Positions 43,308 to 57,558 of a stretch of 64,000 nt of DNA are shown here, in pieces. Numbering within the stretch: position 1 is the stretch's first letter; every line of letters starts with the position of its first letter. The notes under the pieces were generated by a model that was given only the letters and a program-made list of their open reading frames with translations, was not told where the DNA came from and did not search any database. Made by a program: the position numbers and the translations under genes. The stretch comes from Syncephalis fuscata S228. Lineage: Eukaryota > Fungi > Zoopagomycota. The stretch spans positions 186,001-250,000 of the forward strand of contig JAHLTZ010000002.1 of the NCBI GenBank assembly GCA_025786725.1, in the 5' to 3' direction.

Positions 43308-44586
43308 TTATTTATTGTCTGCAGTAGTAAAATGGTTTAAAAGAAGCTTATTATAGTTATTCTTTTCCTGCATTGCAACTGAATGACCACATCCTTTAAA
43401 TATTTGTAGTGGCGCTTCAAGCACTTTGGCCATATGTTCCGAGTTAAACATATGGACTACCTTGTCAACATCTCCAGTACAGATGACGATTGGTATATTT
43501 GCTTTACGAATAAGCAGCAAACGATCATCGCTAACTTGATGGGTTTTTAAGGCATTAAACTGGCCAAAAACACCAGTTTTTTTTATTTCCGGTATAGTTT
43601 GCGCCATTTTGCCCATGACCTAGCATAAAGCTGTGGTTAGCATATTCAGATGTAAAGCAGTCTATTAGTTACTTCAGTAATCCATTGAAGATTTGTCTTT
43701 GAAGGCTCGTCGTCATTTTGCGCTTCCAGCCATTCCTATAGACCTTTAGTAACTTTATATTAAACTACACAATGACTATTACCAATGTAAATAATTGTTC
43801 TGCCCATTTTGACCGATCCACATTATTATTTATAATTCTGTCATATATTGGTTCAACTGAATACTCCTTATTCTTTATGATGGTTAATCAATATGTAACA
43901 TAATAAATCGCGTTACTTACTTTGGGTAAGGTTGCATCGGCAAGTGTGCTGGTCAAGCAAAGTGATTTTACATATTGTGGATAATTGATGGCTAGTTCCA
44001 TAGCAATCAGACCACCGAGACTAGCGCCAACTACATGAACACCTGAAGTCCAACCAAGATGATTTAAAAGACCAATGGTATCATTTGCCATTTGTTTTGT
44101 ACTATATAGCTAAATGATTATTATCCACCTTGTTTATGCTTATTGTACTTGCGTGTAGTTAGTCTCTGGCGCATCTATACATAATAATAATAATAATAAT
44201 AGTAATTGTTATTAAATCTACTGATTTACTTATTTCATGCTATTTACCAGTACGACCAACACCTCGATTATCAAACACGCACACTTGATAGCCATTCTTG
44301 ACGAGTGCCTCTTTCTGCAACTCACACGTTTCCATAGTGGCACCCATACCTAAATTGGCATAATCATCACAAAATCATTTCATTAATATCATTTGAATCT
44401 TTAATGACGACTAGACTTGCCCATAATGAGTATGACGCGTTTATCGCCCGAGCCATGCAACTCGTAAGCCATACGCAGCGGATCGGTATCGGGATTGACA
44501 ATTGTCGTTTGGTAGCCAGTGACAGTCATATTGAACAGTAATAATCCAGTAAGATAAACGATAAGTGATAGGTAAAAGCGAGTCAT
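43308..44586 (-). CDS. Secreted alpha/beta hydrolase
   Basis: Signal peptide MTRFYLSLIVYLTGLLLFNMTVTG, FDNRGVG, nucleophile motif GASLGG, GDVD, GCGH. Confidence 0.85.
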
Positions 44587-45071
44587 TTGTTATAATGCCA
44601 GCTAATTTATTTACAAAAATTAATGGCCATTTAAATAGTTTGGACGTAATCTATTGTGCCACCAAACTTGTATTGATACACGCAGCTATGCAAAGATACA
44701 CGTATAATGACTCAACCTTTGGATAGTGTAACCTGATTATCATAATAGCTATTTATATTTTATTATTAAACTCATTCATTCTTCTGTATTATCATTACTA
44801 TCGCTGCCCTAATCCATTATGCTAATAAATTGGTAATTATCAAATTACATACTTTTAATCAATTGGCGTTAATTATTCGTTATTATGATTAGTTTTGTTA
44901 TTGCCGAGAATGACATTGCTGTTACACATGCCTTACTACATCTATTCGCTTCCTTTCTTTTCTCTCGTCCAATCAAGCAGTCCTTTTCTTACAACTATTT
45001 TGTAGATACTTTCTTTTTGTTGAGATTCCACCTGAGTACGAAACGTTGATGCAGATACAAGCGGGTTAACT

Positions 45072-45620
45072 ATGGAAGGAGATTACAGCACACGACACTC
45101 TAACCGACGAGCGTCGGCCAGCGTTGCTCCCGACAGTACAACCACACCAGAAACATTAGCCGAGGAACGCACTCGACAAGGTAGGCACCGAGTAGTCTCG
45201 TTATGCTATGACACGCTACACTTTACAACGCCGTTTATGACTAATAATACTAATGTTGTTTATGACTAATGATTACTAGCGGGACATGCATTGGCACATG
45301 CCTTGAAAACATCACTAAATGACACTTCTATCGGGCTGTATCGTGTATGTGAACATGTACAGAAACGAGTACCGCAAATTGTACAAGATAAGGTATTTAT
45401 TGCAGTCATAGCTATATATATGTATCTTATAATATATACTTTTAAATAATAGCGTAATCTGCGCCGGCTAGAGGAACGAGTAGAATTAGGCACCGCCAAT
45501 ATGTTAGATGCCCGTAAAACAATCGGCACACTACATGACACTGATACATTTGCAAATGTACAGCAATGGCTAGATCAAGCTATTTTTCTTACTACTACGC
45601 CAACTACCACGCCACCATAG
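45072..45620 (+). CDS. BORCS8: BORC complex subunit 8 (MEF2BNB)-like
   Basis: Spliced LNDTSIGLYRVCEHVQKRVPQIVQDK resembles BORCS8 ANEPSVALYRLQEHVRRSLP as recalled; three exons. Confidence 0.7.
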
Positions 45621-45636
45621 GTTGGAATGCCAAATA

Positions 45637-48600
45637 TTAATTGGCATCTTCACCAATTGGCATAACACCCTCCTGCGATAGCCGAACCGATAAAGCACCA
45701 AAGTATTGCTCGGAAAACGAAGAAAGATAATACTATAACCAACCATTAATAAGTACTGTGTCTATTGTTATTAATAAGTGCTATTAATAAACTTACTTCA
45801 TGCTGAGAACTATGCTCTCTACAGAAATTATGAGCCAACTCATGACAAAATGTCATAAACCAGTAAATATACGTTTCAAACTTCTCTTTAATTGCCGCAG
45901 TCGCTATCGTCGTCTCTTTATCTGTAAAGTGTAATCCATCATAGAAGCGTAGATTAAAGAAAAGTGCATGTGCCGGTGATTGATTAAAAGCAATAGTAGC
46001 ACCATCTTTATCGTAGAATATATGTACTGTTTTACGATCTAGTTGAAATACATCGCATAACAATAGTAATACAATAGTAAAACGGTTCAGTGATCGCATT
46101 AGTCGAGCATCTTCAAATACCACGGCTTTATCTAGCTGTTTGTCAATATAAAAGTTAAGAGGTGCATTACCCGTGCCACATATTGCAATCGTTGAGAAGG
46201 AATAGTGTCACAGTAAGATACGGTACTTTCACTAATTTGACGTATTTGTCCCTCACTTTGTAGTGTATCACTTTGATATGGTTGACAAGAAGCAATGGCT
46301 GATTGTAAGGCTCGTTGAAGTCGTTGTGTTGAATTGGGATCGACTGGAGCCACTTCATGTTTTGGTGGTGGTGTGGGTGTTGATTCTGATAATAATGGCT
46401 GCTTCGCCGGTTCTGGTGGTGGTGCCTGCCATCCAAGTAATTGACGTGATAATCGACCCAATAAACCAGATCCACCGCTTAACGAATCATTTGATTGATG
46501 TGATGCTGATCGCTTTCTGTCATCAGGTGTTGGCGATGTGACGGATTTTGGTGCTTCGTTAGCATCATTTTCACTAATTACTTGTGGCTTCTCTTCTGGA
46601 TATTCCATATTGGCCAGTTTATTAGCCACCCGTTCAACATGTCGATCTGATTCTTTGGCCAGCTGCTCCCGCATAAAATCAATATCACAGGTAGGAAACA
46701 TTGATTTCAATTGCTTTATATACTGTTCCATATAACGTGGTGCTAATTAGATCTTTGTTGAGGAGCTACATTGGCCGCCTCAGTAGATTGATTTGATCCA
46801 GAGGGTAGTGATGCCACATTAGGTGCTGCTTTAGGTGTCGGTTTAGGAATATCAAGAATACGGTCAACGGGAAATCCTTTACGACGTAGATTCTCCATAC
46901 TGGATGATAGCAGTGTGGATAATAAAAGGGCATCATTTAATCGGCATTTTGAAAATAATACTTTACCCAATGCATTGGCTGCATCAAAATGATCAAAATC
47001 AACGCGTGTCATATAAAGACGACAAGCACCTCCACTTGCATCGACACAGGCCGATGTTGGTTGTGTCTTAATCGTTTTAGTAGGTAGGAACTCGAGTTGA
47101 ATAGCAATTGCTGGCACTTCAAATACCACCAATTTACGTTTTAACCATTGACTATCGTGTAGAATACGTGAGCCATCACCGCCTTGTTGGTAGTCATAGA
47201 ATAAAAGTGCGGCTCGTTCTTTAATCAATGCTTCTAGTTGCACGGCAATAGGTGTACGATTAGGTGTTCCTTTACGTATAAATGTTTCTTTAACCCGTTT
47301 TGATAGCCAACTACTACCAAGTATCTAATTAAATGATATAAGCCATTATAAATATAATATATAAAATACCTATATTTATCTTACCTCATAGAATCTTTCT
47401 AATAATGCTTCCATGGGTGCACTAATGATCAATCATCGTCAATTATTAGTATTACTAATAAATATAGTCTATTTAATCTACTTACCTAAGAGGTGAAAAT
47501 ATTTGCTGTAATACTGTATCGTCAATAAGATAAATATCCGAGGCCCGTGCCAACTCATATTGTAATTGATGACCTGTATCGGATGTTGTTACAAGTATCT
47601 CTTCTAATTTATTATCAGCACTTTTTTCTTTAGTATCATTGGCCGTGGATTGCTGTTGTTGTTGTTGTTGTTGTTGCTGATTTTCTCTTCCTTTAGTGTC
47701 ATACGTCGTGTACCAAGCAAAAAGGCCGATGTGCGTAGTTTGCCTATTAAATGACGATCTGATAAAAGCTTATCACAGTTAAGAGCTAGCTGTCGTAATA
47801 CATTCAAGTAAGCCTCATATCCATTACAGGCATTAAGGAATGCTTGAGGTGAGCGTGCCAACATTTCAGCCAAATCTTTTGGACTAGGTTCATCACGAAC
47901 ACCACAAGATCTTAAAAAGCTATTAGCCACTGGTCCATAATCAACGTAATCAAAGAATCCACCATGTTGACTAAAATAACCAGCATTAATCATACTATCA
48001 ATGCATTAATGTATTAATAACTACCTTTGTTCACCACTGCTAAAGTAACAGCTGGCTGGTGTTACAAATCGTATTTTTGTTGATTTTTCGCCTTCTTTCA
48101 CATCAGATGCTAATTCAACAATGGGAACAAATGGCAATGCTGTTAATGCCTTTAATTGAATAGGTTTGAATTCTATTAATACCAATTATAATTAGCACAC
48201 ATTATATATATATTTGTTGAATTACTTACCTGATTGTTGCGTGGCTAGAAATTCAAATAGCACTTGTGCTTCTTTATCCGTCTTGGGTGGTTGTTCTCGT
48301 AATCGATTCAAGAGTTGTTCTGATGTCGGGAATGATCGTATACCTAGTTTATCGGCATGACTACGCCATTCCGGCATTAGTACATTAAAGCCCATAATAG
48401 CACAGGACGGGTCTGTAAAGCAATCTTGTGGACAAGCTCGAATATTAACACCGTTTGCACAAGGTAGAAATGCCGTTTTAATCTTTGTTGGTTGATATGC
48501 ATCGCGATAATACGAATTGAAGTTGCCAGTCAAGAAATTAAGAGCCAGTTTCTGTTTGTTCATATCATCCGTTGCGGCAATCTTCAATAGCTCATCCAAT

Positions 48601-51600
48601 GGTGGATAGCTATTAAGTCCAAGAAAGATTAACAATTTACCTAATAAATCAAATATAATTAATATTAGTATAATATTCACCTATCATTATTACCTTCATC
48701 GGTGTAGGCTCTAAATTTATTAGTATTCCACTGAATAATAGGTAATCCTAATTGACGTAAATTATCTTGTGGTAAATACAATTCATGTGCGCAATAGTAA
48801 CGTGATGGCGGCAATGGTGTCCCATCCTCCTTTAATCCTCCTCCTTTGGAAAGAATGCCGTTGAACGGAGTCGTTTCGTTTCACTCTCTGCCAAAGTGGA
48901 TTGAATGGAGGCAAGAAACTTGACCAACTGAACATGGTCCCAATTAAGATCACGTTGTCGACTAAATACCATTTGCAAATCAACATGCTAGCCATCAAAT
49001 CATTAGATAGCCATAGTAGTAGTAATATCTATAAATACCTACCTTACGTACACCAATAGAGGCTAGGAATGCCTCTGATATACCTTTACTCGTAGCAATA
49101 AGTGGCAAATCAGGGAATAGTGTTACTTGTTTGAAATAAGCATCAGTGGGTACAACATGACCACGTTGTGTTGGCACACACTTTTTACTTTGCAATAGTT
49201 GTGTAATTCTTTGTTGAACAGCTAATGGTTGACTTGTCCATGCTCTTGACAGTGTTGATAGTATCGACTCGGTAAATGTTGTATCTGTCTCAAGTTCTGG
49301 TCGTTGATTAACAACAAACTCTATCCAAGTAAGTAGCGATAATTCAGTCCACGGTCTACATCAATTCAATTAATTAGATCAATCAACCAATTATGCTATT
49401 ACACTTACCCAAAATAATGTTCTAATTCTCGTTTCTTAAATGTCTTGGTGATTTCATAATCAATCACTTGATCGGGTAATGGCATCGTTGGTGGAATAAC
49501 ATTGGGATTTAAGAAATAGAATGGGTCAGTGAAAGGTCGACCTGATGGCATCACTGCTCTATTTAGTAAGGCACGTTGGTAATCCACACTGAATCCTTGC
49601 CGTTCCCGTATCCACCAAGCCATTAACGCGGTAATTTCCTTGGCGGAAAGGCGACGTCGATTCAACTCCTCCAATACATCGCGGGCATCTACTGAGTTCA
49701 AAAAGCCTAACAACTCCAACTTTTCAAGAAACTCTTTACAAGTGTCGGCAATAGAAGTGGGAATAACCGGAACGGTTTGTACAAATGAAGACAGTGCTGG
49801 ATTCAATCGTTTAACACTCTGGGCAGGCATCACACCATGGCTGGATAGAATGCGCGGTGCCCGTGTGCCCGTTGATCCAAAGAAGTGATAGGCACCTAAT
49901 TCACCCACTGATGCATTAGGTGTACTCAGCTTATAAGTAAAGGCTTGAATGGCATGACTAGCCCGCTCTTGTAGAAATGTTTGAGCTGCTTGTTTTGCTT
50001 CATTCTCTTGATCATTTCGACCTTTATTATCGTCTATTAGCTGACTAGGATTGCCAACTAGTTCCTGATAGAGATTAGCAATAGTATTTAATTCATCTTC
50101 GTATAAAATACGGGCCAATAGACCACACATGGATAGAACATCTTCATTCCAAGCAGCTAGACAAGGATCTACAAAATCGATTGATTCACGTTCAACCTAA
50201 ACATGATGTATTATATCAATATATTATGGTATTACTAGTACTAATACACTTACAGTTGGAATAAAATGAGCTGCGACATGGCTGCTAAATCCAGTAGTTT
50301 GATGTGTTGGAAAGCCAATATAGATCTATAATAAATCAATACATCGTTATTAAACATATTACTATTAATCAACCATATAGCCACTTACTTGACCCTGCTT
50401 AGGGAATGGCATTAAATCTGCAAATATTGACTTTTTATCAAGAGCACTCGCTCCGTGTTCTTCATAGCCGGAATAGATCATTTGAACAGCAGTAGTGGCA
50501 GGTGGCTTCTTTTTAGTTGTGCGTTCCATGTCATGTATTTGCTGTTTTGATACCTTAACTTGTAAATGGGCTCTAGCCACTCTAGCAAATACCGATACTA
50601 CTTTGCCAGCATCATTACTGCCTGAATTGACGGTTGATTGAAGATGCACTTGTTGTACATCAACTTCTGTCAATGTAAACATCTTTTGAGGTGATTTTAC
50701 TTGTAGTCCAGGTAATTCACGTAGAGAAATAGGACGGGGAATGCCCATTTGTTTCTCTAACGATATCGTCACTTTACCATCAATGATGACTTTTAGCTGT
50801 AATAGATGGGCCGTAAAACTCTAATAATAACATTAATAAATTTTACATATATTAAACAATGACTTACAATTGATGATGCAAGAAATCGACCAAATTCTTC
50901 TTTATTCGGTATTTCAAGTGGATCTCTCATATCAAGTAGAAAAGTTGTCCATTCTCTTTCTTTCTGCTTATTTGTTGTAGATTGATTATTGTCATCGTTG
51001 GAAATGGTCGCTCTTTTAGCGAATAACTGATCACCTTTCCATAGAAATGCCATACACTCATTGCCTGATGTAACACTTTTACAACATTAATATTAACGCT
51101 TTATCATACCATTCACACAACCACTTACAATGGCCCTTCACAAATAGAAAATAAACTATAAAATCCAACACCAAAAAATCCAATCTAATGACTTGATATG
51201 AATAAATTGACAACTGTACTATACTATTCCTACCTTTTGTTCATCGGGATTTCCTTCGGCAATCTTCTTTAATCGATGCCAATCTTCAGTGGCAAATACT
51301 CGACCATTATTACGTACTTGAACTCTATTACAGTGTTCTTTACCAAATAGACCAGATTTCTCAACCCCTTCAAAGTGAATCTCTACACATTGAGCACCTA
51401 CATAATAATATTGTTATTACTTTTATTCCATTCTATATTACACTGTATTGTATTGAATAGATTATTTACCTGCATCATTGGCATTCTGTAGCAATTCACG
51501 GAACACTGTATACTTGGCTGAATATCGGGCCAATATCTTGTCAATAAGATGACGTTGATTCACTTCAACCTAGTAGATGTGTATATAAGGAGTCATTAGT

Positions 51601-51718
51601 GCCATTGAACTGATTGTCTATAACACCGCTACAAACATACTTTCTCTTCAACTCCGGTAGTTTCAAGTACTTGAGCACGAAGAGCGGCTATCGATGATAG
51701 ACCGGCCGAAGATGTCAT
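45637..51718 (-). CDS. Large DUF3684-type protein: sacsin/Hsp90-like GHKL ATPase + CUE-like domain + C-terminal HEXXH metalloprotease motif
   Basis: VNQRHLIDKILARYS, FRELLQNANDA, RNNGRVF, IGFFGVGFYSLFS; LKSMFPTCD...VERVANKL; TFCHELAHNFCREH. Apparent 1-nt deletions at ~46172, ~47680 and ~48831. Confidence 0.8.
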
Positions 51719-51981
51719 CACAATAACAGTATAGACGAGTAGATAGATATACAGGCCATATCAACAATAGAACACCTAGAAAGAAGAGTGCAGCACCTAA
51801 TAGACCAAAAAGAAAAGGGAATACAAAGTAATAAAGCCAGTCTCTAAATTACTAATACCAATGTTTATTATACTACTAATCGATATATTAATCAATTACT
51901 GATAGCATCAATGTTATCATTTGGTTAAAATTTACTTTATTATTATATTACGATATACTGAATCATTATTATAGTTTGCTA

Positions 51982-52704
51982 TTAATCAATGGGTGGTTTC
52001 TCCCATGGTTTACGGCGTGGTGCAAGATTTGATTGACTTGGTGGCTGTTCATTAAGTTGATTGGGAATCATTCTTATACCTATAATGACATAAATACTAC
52101 TACTACTATTATAACTAAATACTAACCAGGTACTGGTTGGCCTGCCGCGATTAATTCACAAATAGCTTGGAATGAATGAGGATATGTTGGCGCGTCACTA
52201 TCAACTTGTTCATTCGATACTATTATTAATAACAAGTCATTCTTTATATCAATTCATATCTATTCAACTTTAATACTCTACTTACCTGTCGTATCTATCT
52301 GTTCATCTGGTGCATCAACTGTATTCTTATCTAACACGGCTTGATTTCCCGTTGATTGTTTCCATTGACGGTAAACGTCATAGTCAAACTCTGTAATAAA
52401 TCTAATCATTATAGTCATTTCAACTTATTAGTTACGTGTGTATATACGTATTTGTTTATTTAATCCTATTACCTGTTGTAGTAGAACCATTGAGCACGTT
52501 CTGTCTTGTCGGCCAACGATACTTCTTGATGAGTAGACGTATCTTTTCCTAACAAGCTTTGTAGGCCCGCCTATTCATGGTAATGAATAAACTAGTTTAT
52601 AGCTATCTTTCTTTTAGTACCTGAAAACGAGTATCATTGTCGAAATCATAGGCTTCAAATGCCTTATAGATCTCTATTTGAGATGGAGTAGTTATAGAAT
52701 CCAT
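51982..52704 (-). CDS. PEX39 (C6orf226/DUF5572)-like peroxin with KPWE motif
   Basis: Five exons giving YKAFEAYDFDNDTRFQAGL...AQWFYY...YPHSFQAICELIAAGQPVPGIRMIP...PRRKPWE; missed by the ORF track. Confidence 0.8.
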
Positions 52705-52781
52705 ATAGAGTTAAAGGGAAAAGTCCATGTAATTTATTACGTTCATCAACATCATCATCAATGTAATAATAATTCATAGAA

Positions 52782-55644
52782 TTAAATTCTGTTTTCAAGA
52801 CTCTTTTCAGTCGATAATGATTGCAAATTGGCAATCACATCCGTTAACAAGTGGGTCTGTCCTTTTGCCTTGGTGCCCACATCATCGCGATTACGTACAT
52901 TGACCGATTGAGTGTCCAGTTCTTCTTGACCGACCACTATTATGTAAATATGTTATATATTAGTATAAGATGTCTATTGACTGCAATGCTGTATATTAGC
53001 TTACCGAAAATAAAGTTATATTGAGCAAGTTCGGCATTACGGATCTTCTTGTTCATTGTATCACCGCTTAGATCGGCATCGGCATGGAATCCGGCGTCAT
53101 AGCACGATTGACGTACTTTTTCGGCATATTCGTAGAAAGTGGCTGCCACTGGAACCACCATAACTTGACGAGGCGATAACCAATAAGGCCTAATGATATG
53201 TATGTATGTATATTAGCGTTGATGCTATAGCTATAGTTGATATCAAAAAACGTACCATTTACCGGCAAAGTGCTCAGTTAGAATGGCAATAGTACGTTCC
53301 AAACTGCCATAGATAGCTCGGTGAATAATGACGGGGCGTTGATAGGTTACAGTATTTTCGGCATCTCGATCGGCCGTGCGGTATTGCAAGTTGAATCGTT
53401 CTGGCAATTGGAAATCGAGTTGGAAAGTGGCACATTGATGTTTACGATTTAAAGCATCAGCAATCGTAATATCAATCTAATACAAATAATAAATATACGA
53501 TATATACATATATATAATTATAGACTTACCTTAGGACCGTAGAAGGCACCATCTCCTGGATCGACTGTCCATGGTTCACCAAATGCATCCATGGCAGAGC
53601 CCAACATCTATTAAATATGACATATTATTATTACTATTACTATTATTACATATTAAGAGTTAATATTTACCTTCTCGGCCTTGTCCCATGTCTCAATGGT
53701 ACCCATGTAATTATCAGGACGAGTTGATAGTTTCAAATAAAACTTGAATCCGAAAATACCATATACTTTACGCATAAAGTTCAGTGCCATTGTAATTTCT
53801 GACTCAATCTACATAATATATTAATATACATCAGTAACTAGTCTCATTATCACTTACTTGGTCGGGAGTACAGAATAAATGGGCATCATCCTGCTGGAAT
53901 CGTCGAACACGCGTCAGTCCAGAAAGTGCACCACTTGCTTCGTTACGATGCAGTACACCAAAATCAGCCATACGAATTGGCAATTCACGATAAGAACGAT
54001 CTTTGTGGCCAAACATAAGACAGTGACCGGGACAGTTCATTGGTTTAAGGGCAAACTTTTCCTTTTCAATCTCAAATGAAAACATATTTTCTTGATAGTT
54101 TTGCCAATGTCCAGACTGTTCCCATAGCTTGACATTATAAATATTGGGTGTAATCACTTCTTGATAGCCAAAATTACGATACTCTTTCTATAAATAGCTA
54201 TTAATATCTCATTATACGAATAAATAGTCGTAACATACCTTCATGAAATCGAGTAAAGCATTGTAGATACGTGCACCATGCGGGAAGAAGAAACAACTGC
54301 CTGGACTCAATTCGTGGAACATAAACAATTCTTGTTCCTATTCAATTATTCTAGTTAGTAATAGTTACTAATAAGGTTGGATTATAATTACCCGACCAAT
54401 TTTGCGATGATCACGCTTGGCTGCTTCTTCCAAAAACTTTTTATAGGCCGTCATTTGCTTGCTATCTGGGAAGGAAATACCGTAGACTCGCTGTAACGTG
54501 TCATTGTTGCTATCGCCGAGGAAATAAGATGCCGAGTTCTATTGTTATATTAGCAAGGTATTTTTATGACAGCTATTCCTAAATTTACCTTCAAAACAGC
54601 AATTGACTTGACCTTTCCGGTGTGTGGTATATGAGGGCCAACACAAAGATCGATGAGTGGACCACAACGATAAACTGTAGTAGCGCCACCATCTTCAATC
54701 TTTGATCCAATTAAATATTGCTTATATGGATTATGCTAAATTGGATTAAAATTAGTTGATATAGCTTGAATTAATTATTATAATTACCTTGAACATTTCC
54801 ATTAAATTTTCTTTAGATACAACCAAACGTTCAAATGGCTGTTTATCTTTTACGATGCTCTTGGCCAGTGTTTCCAAAAGTGGATAATCACCTTGAGTCA
54901 CTGGTCTAAATGATTATTTGTCAGTTAATTAATTAGATAACAGCTATATAAATATACATTAATAAGCTACATACCGCTGATCAATGGTGCCCATTTCGTA
55001 GAAAAAGCCTTCTTCGGTTGGAGGACCAAGACAAAGATTACAGCCGTAGTGACGTTCACAGGCCTCGCCTAGAATGTGGGCACTGGAATGCCAGAACACT
55101 TTTTTGCCTGTAGATTTACAGTTACATAGTATGGGTCATTAATCTATTCAATTAGATTAAATAAATCACTTACCTTCATCGTTATCAAAATCAAGCAGTT
55201 CCAGCTTGCAGGAAGCCTCTAATGGGCGGAGTAAATCCCATAGCTTTCCATCAACCTTGGCAATCACAATACGCTCTGACAGTGATTTAGAAATGGCAGC
55301 GGCAATGCCCATAGGAGAGGTCTCCCAAGCAACACCTTCACGCGTTGAACCATCTGGCAACGTCACTGTAATGGGTACTCGCTCTTTGGCTGTAAGGTTG
55401 TAAATGTTAGTCTGATTTATTTATACTTTTGTAAACACTTACAAGCAACTTCTGCATCATATTGAGCCTTCAATGATTCAAATAGTTGAATACGATGAGC
55501 AATGTATTCTGGTGCTGGTGATATTTCAAGTGGGAAGCCGGATCCAGTAGCGGCGCCACCTTTGGCCTTCTTGGTCTGCTTTCCTGCAGGCTTGCTAGCC
55601 TCGGCAACCGACAAATCTGCCATCTTCTCTTCAATTTCAGCCAT
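52782..55644 (-). CDS. THS1: Cytosolic threonyl-tRNA synthetase
   Basis: TGS domain, [48 protein letters not shown]. Confidence 0.96.
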
Positions 55645-57558
55645 GATTTATAGGCAACGTTGTTGTTTAGACAGTAAATATAGCAAGAGAATTGCGCAAT
55701 GGGATAGACTGAAAAAACAACTGAGAAAACGATATAAAATGTAAATGGTTGAACTGTACTTTGACTCCCACATCTGTCCCCAAAGCACAATTCGTTCCGA
55801 TCAGAGTCATGCGTTATGCACAACATATATATTACTTCCTATTAAAATATTGTTAATAAATTGGTTTAAATAAACGATGTAACATACTGTTTAATTTTTT
55901 GAAACATCTGAGGCTAACTATTGTTATTGTTGGCTATGTGTAGAAAGATTGATCAATATTAATAGAAGCCATATAATTGCAATTCCATATCGTTCCTCAT
56001 TACTTCTGTTGCCTGTTTGTCATACTGCACATCAAACTGTTATATGATCTATTTCTTTTCTCTTTTGTTTCTATTTACTTGAACCATATTTGCATATTGT
56101 AACAATCATATTCAATAATCGCAATATTTTATTATTTTTATACTTGTAGACCATTTCAACAAAGACATTTAACAATTCAGTGTAAAAAGCCTTTTATTAA
56201 ATTAAATGTTATTTCAACTTCAACTAATACCGTAATGTGCATATTTAATTACATTATTGTGTTGATAATTACACATAAATTGATTAATGCTGGATGCAAT
56301 ATTATACATATTATAGTGATGAGTGTATGTTTAATTGTATTTAAACGTGTTAAGGGGCGAAATGGATAAATAAAAATGTAAGAGTCAAAGCGAGGTAGCT
56401 CCATGTAAATAATAGTTTGATCATCAAATTTTAATCTAATTTAAATTGTGCATTTGACTCAATACTATTTCCCCAAATCTTTCTGCCATATGCTCTTATC
56501 TTTATAATTCAACATAGGATACAACTGCTATGATATCCGAGAGAAGATATTATAACAATCTAAAATGTTTAAAATAAATAACAAAAGCAAATAAATCATT
56601 GAGATAAAACATTAATGTCATATTGCGCAATAAAGACAGCTGTGTTAGATATCAGGATAATACTATTAACGCGAGGATGCATTATGTACTACTAGAAGTG
56701 ATGATATACACATAGTAGTCCAATGCCAGCCCTATATATCATAGTCAGCCATTTTGTATAGAATTTGCTTATACGGCATCAATTTCAATAGTTCAACCGA
56801 AAATAACATTGGTAATAAAGTTTGAAATCTAAAGCAGCGTCACAGCCTATTTGTTTTAAAATAGCAAACACAACATTACATCTAGATAGAAACTTGGCTA
56901 TATGGTTGAATTGATAGCTAAACAATGGCCATTGATTCAATGTCATTTTACTCACTGTACTTATTTGTTGCGTGATTTGTTACCAGCTTTGTTTTAATGT
57001 TATAACATTTATGCAAGTATACTTACACTTCATGTCTATTATGATATTTAAACTAAATGATGCTAGTTTCACCAATAACAATGTTTTGTTTTGTTTTAGA
57101 AAACTACACAATTGCAGATCAATTACAAAGTATATTAAAATGTGCATTCAAACTTTTAGCATTTTTATTTGATTTCTGGCCAATAGCAATAAAAAATGTC
57201 TCATTTTTAGCATTGCTCAAATAAATATGTCTGCTTTCTTTTGATGTCTATGTTTGAAAAATAACAACTATGCAAAACATGATATTGGTACAATAAGCCA
57301 CGTGTTGTCCGTTCTGTACTATTCAATATCTATAAATAAAAATGGAAATACTGCTTTAAAGCATTTATATTTCAAATTCCATATTGGAATATCAGAGATT
57401 GTTGCTTTTGGTTGATTCCATGCGCCCTTTTTGCAGTTTCTTACTCGGAAATGTAAATTTGAATGTGTTCAACCATCACATCATACTTTTTTACATACTA
57501 GTTTAATGAAAATACGCTTTTTATTCAACAATTAAATCTTGACATAGCCATATTTACG

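Noticed and set aside
46136-46170. 35-nt GT-AG intron that would restore the frame in the ATPase gene
   Set aside because: Shorter than the other introns seen, and the -1 frame reads as plausible protein (LNFYIDKQL); a 1-nt deletion is more likely.
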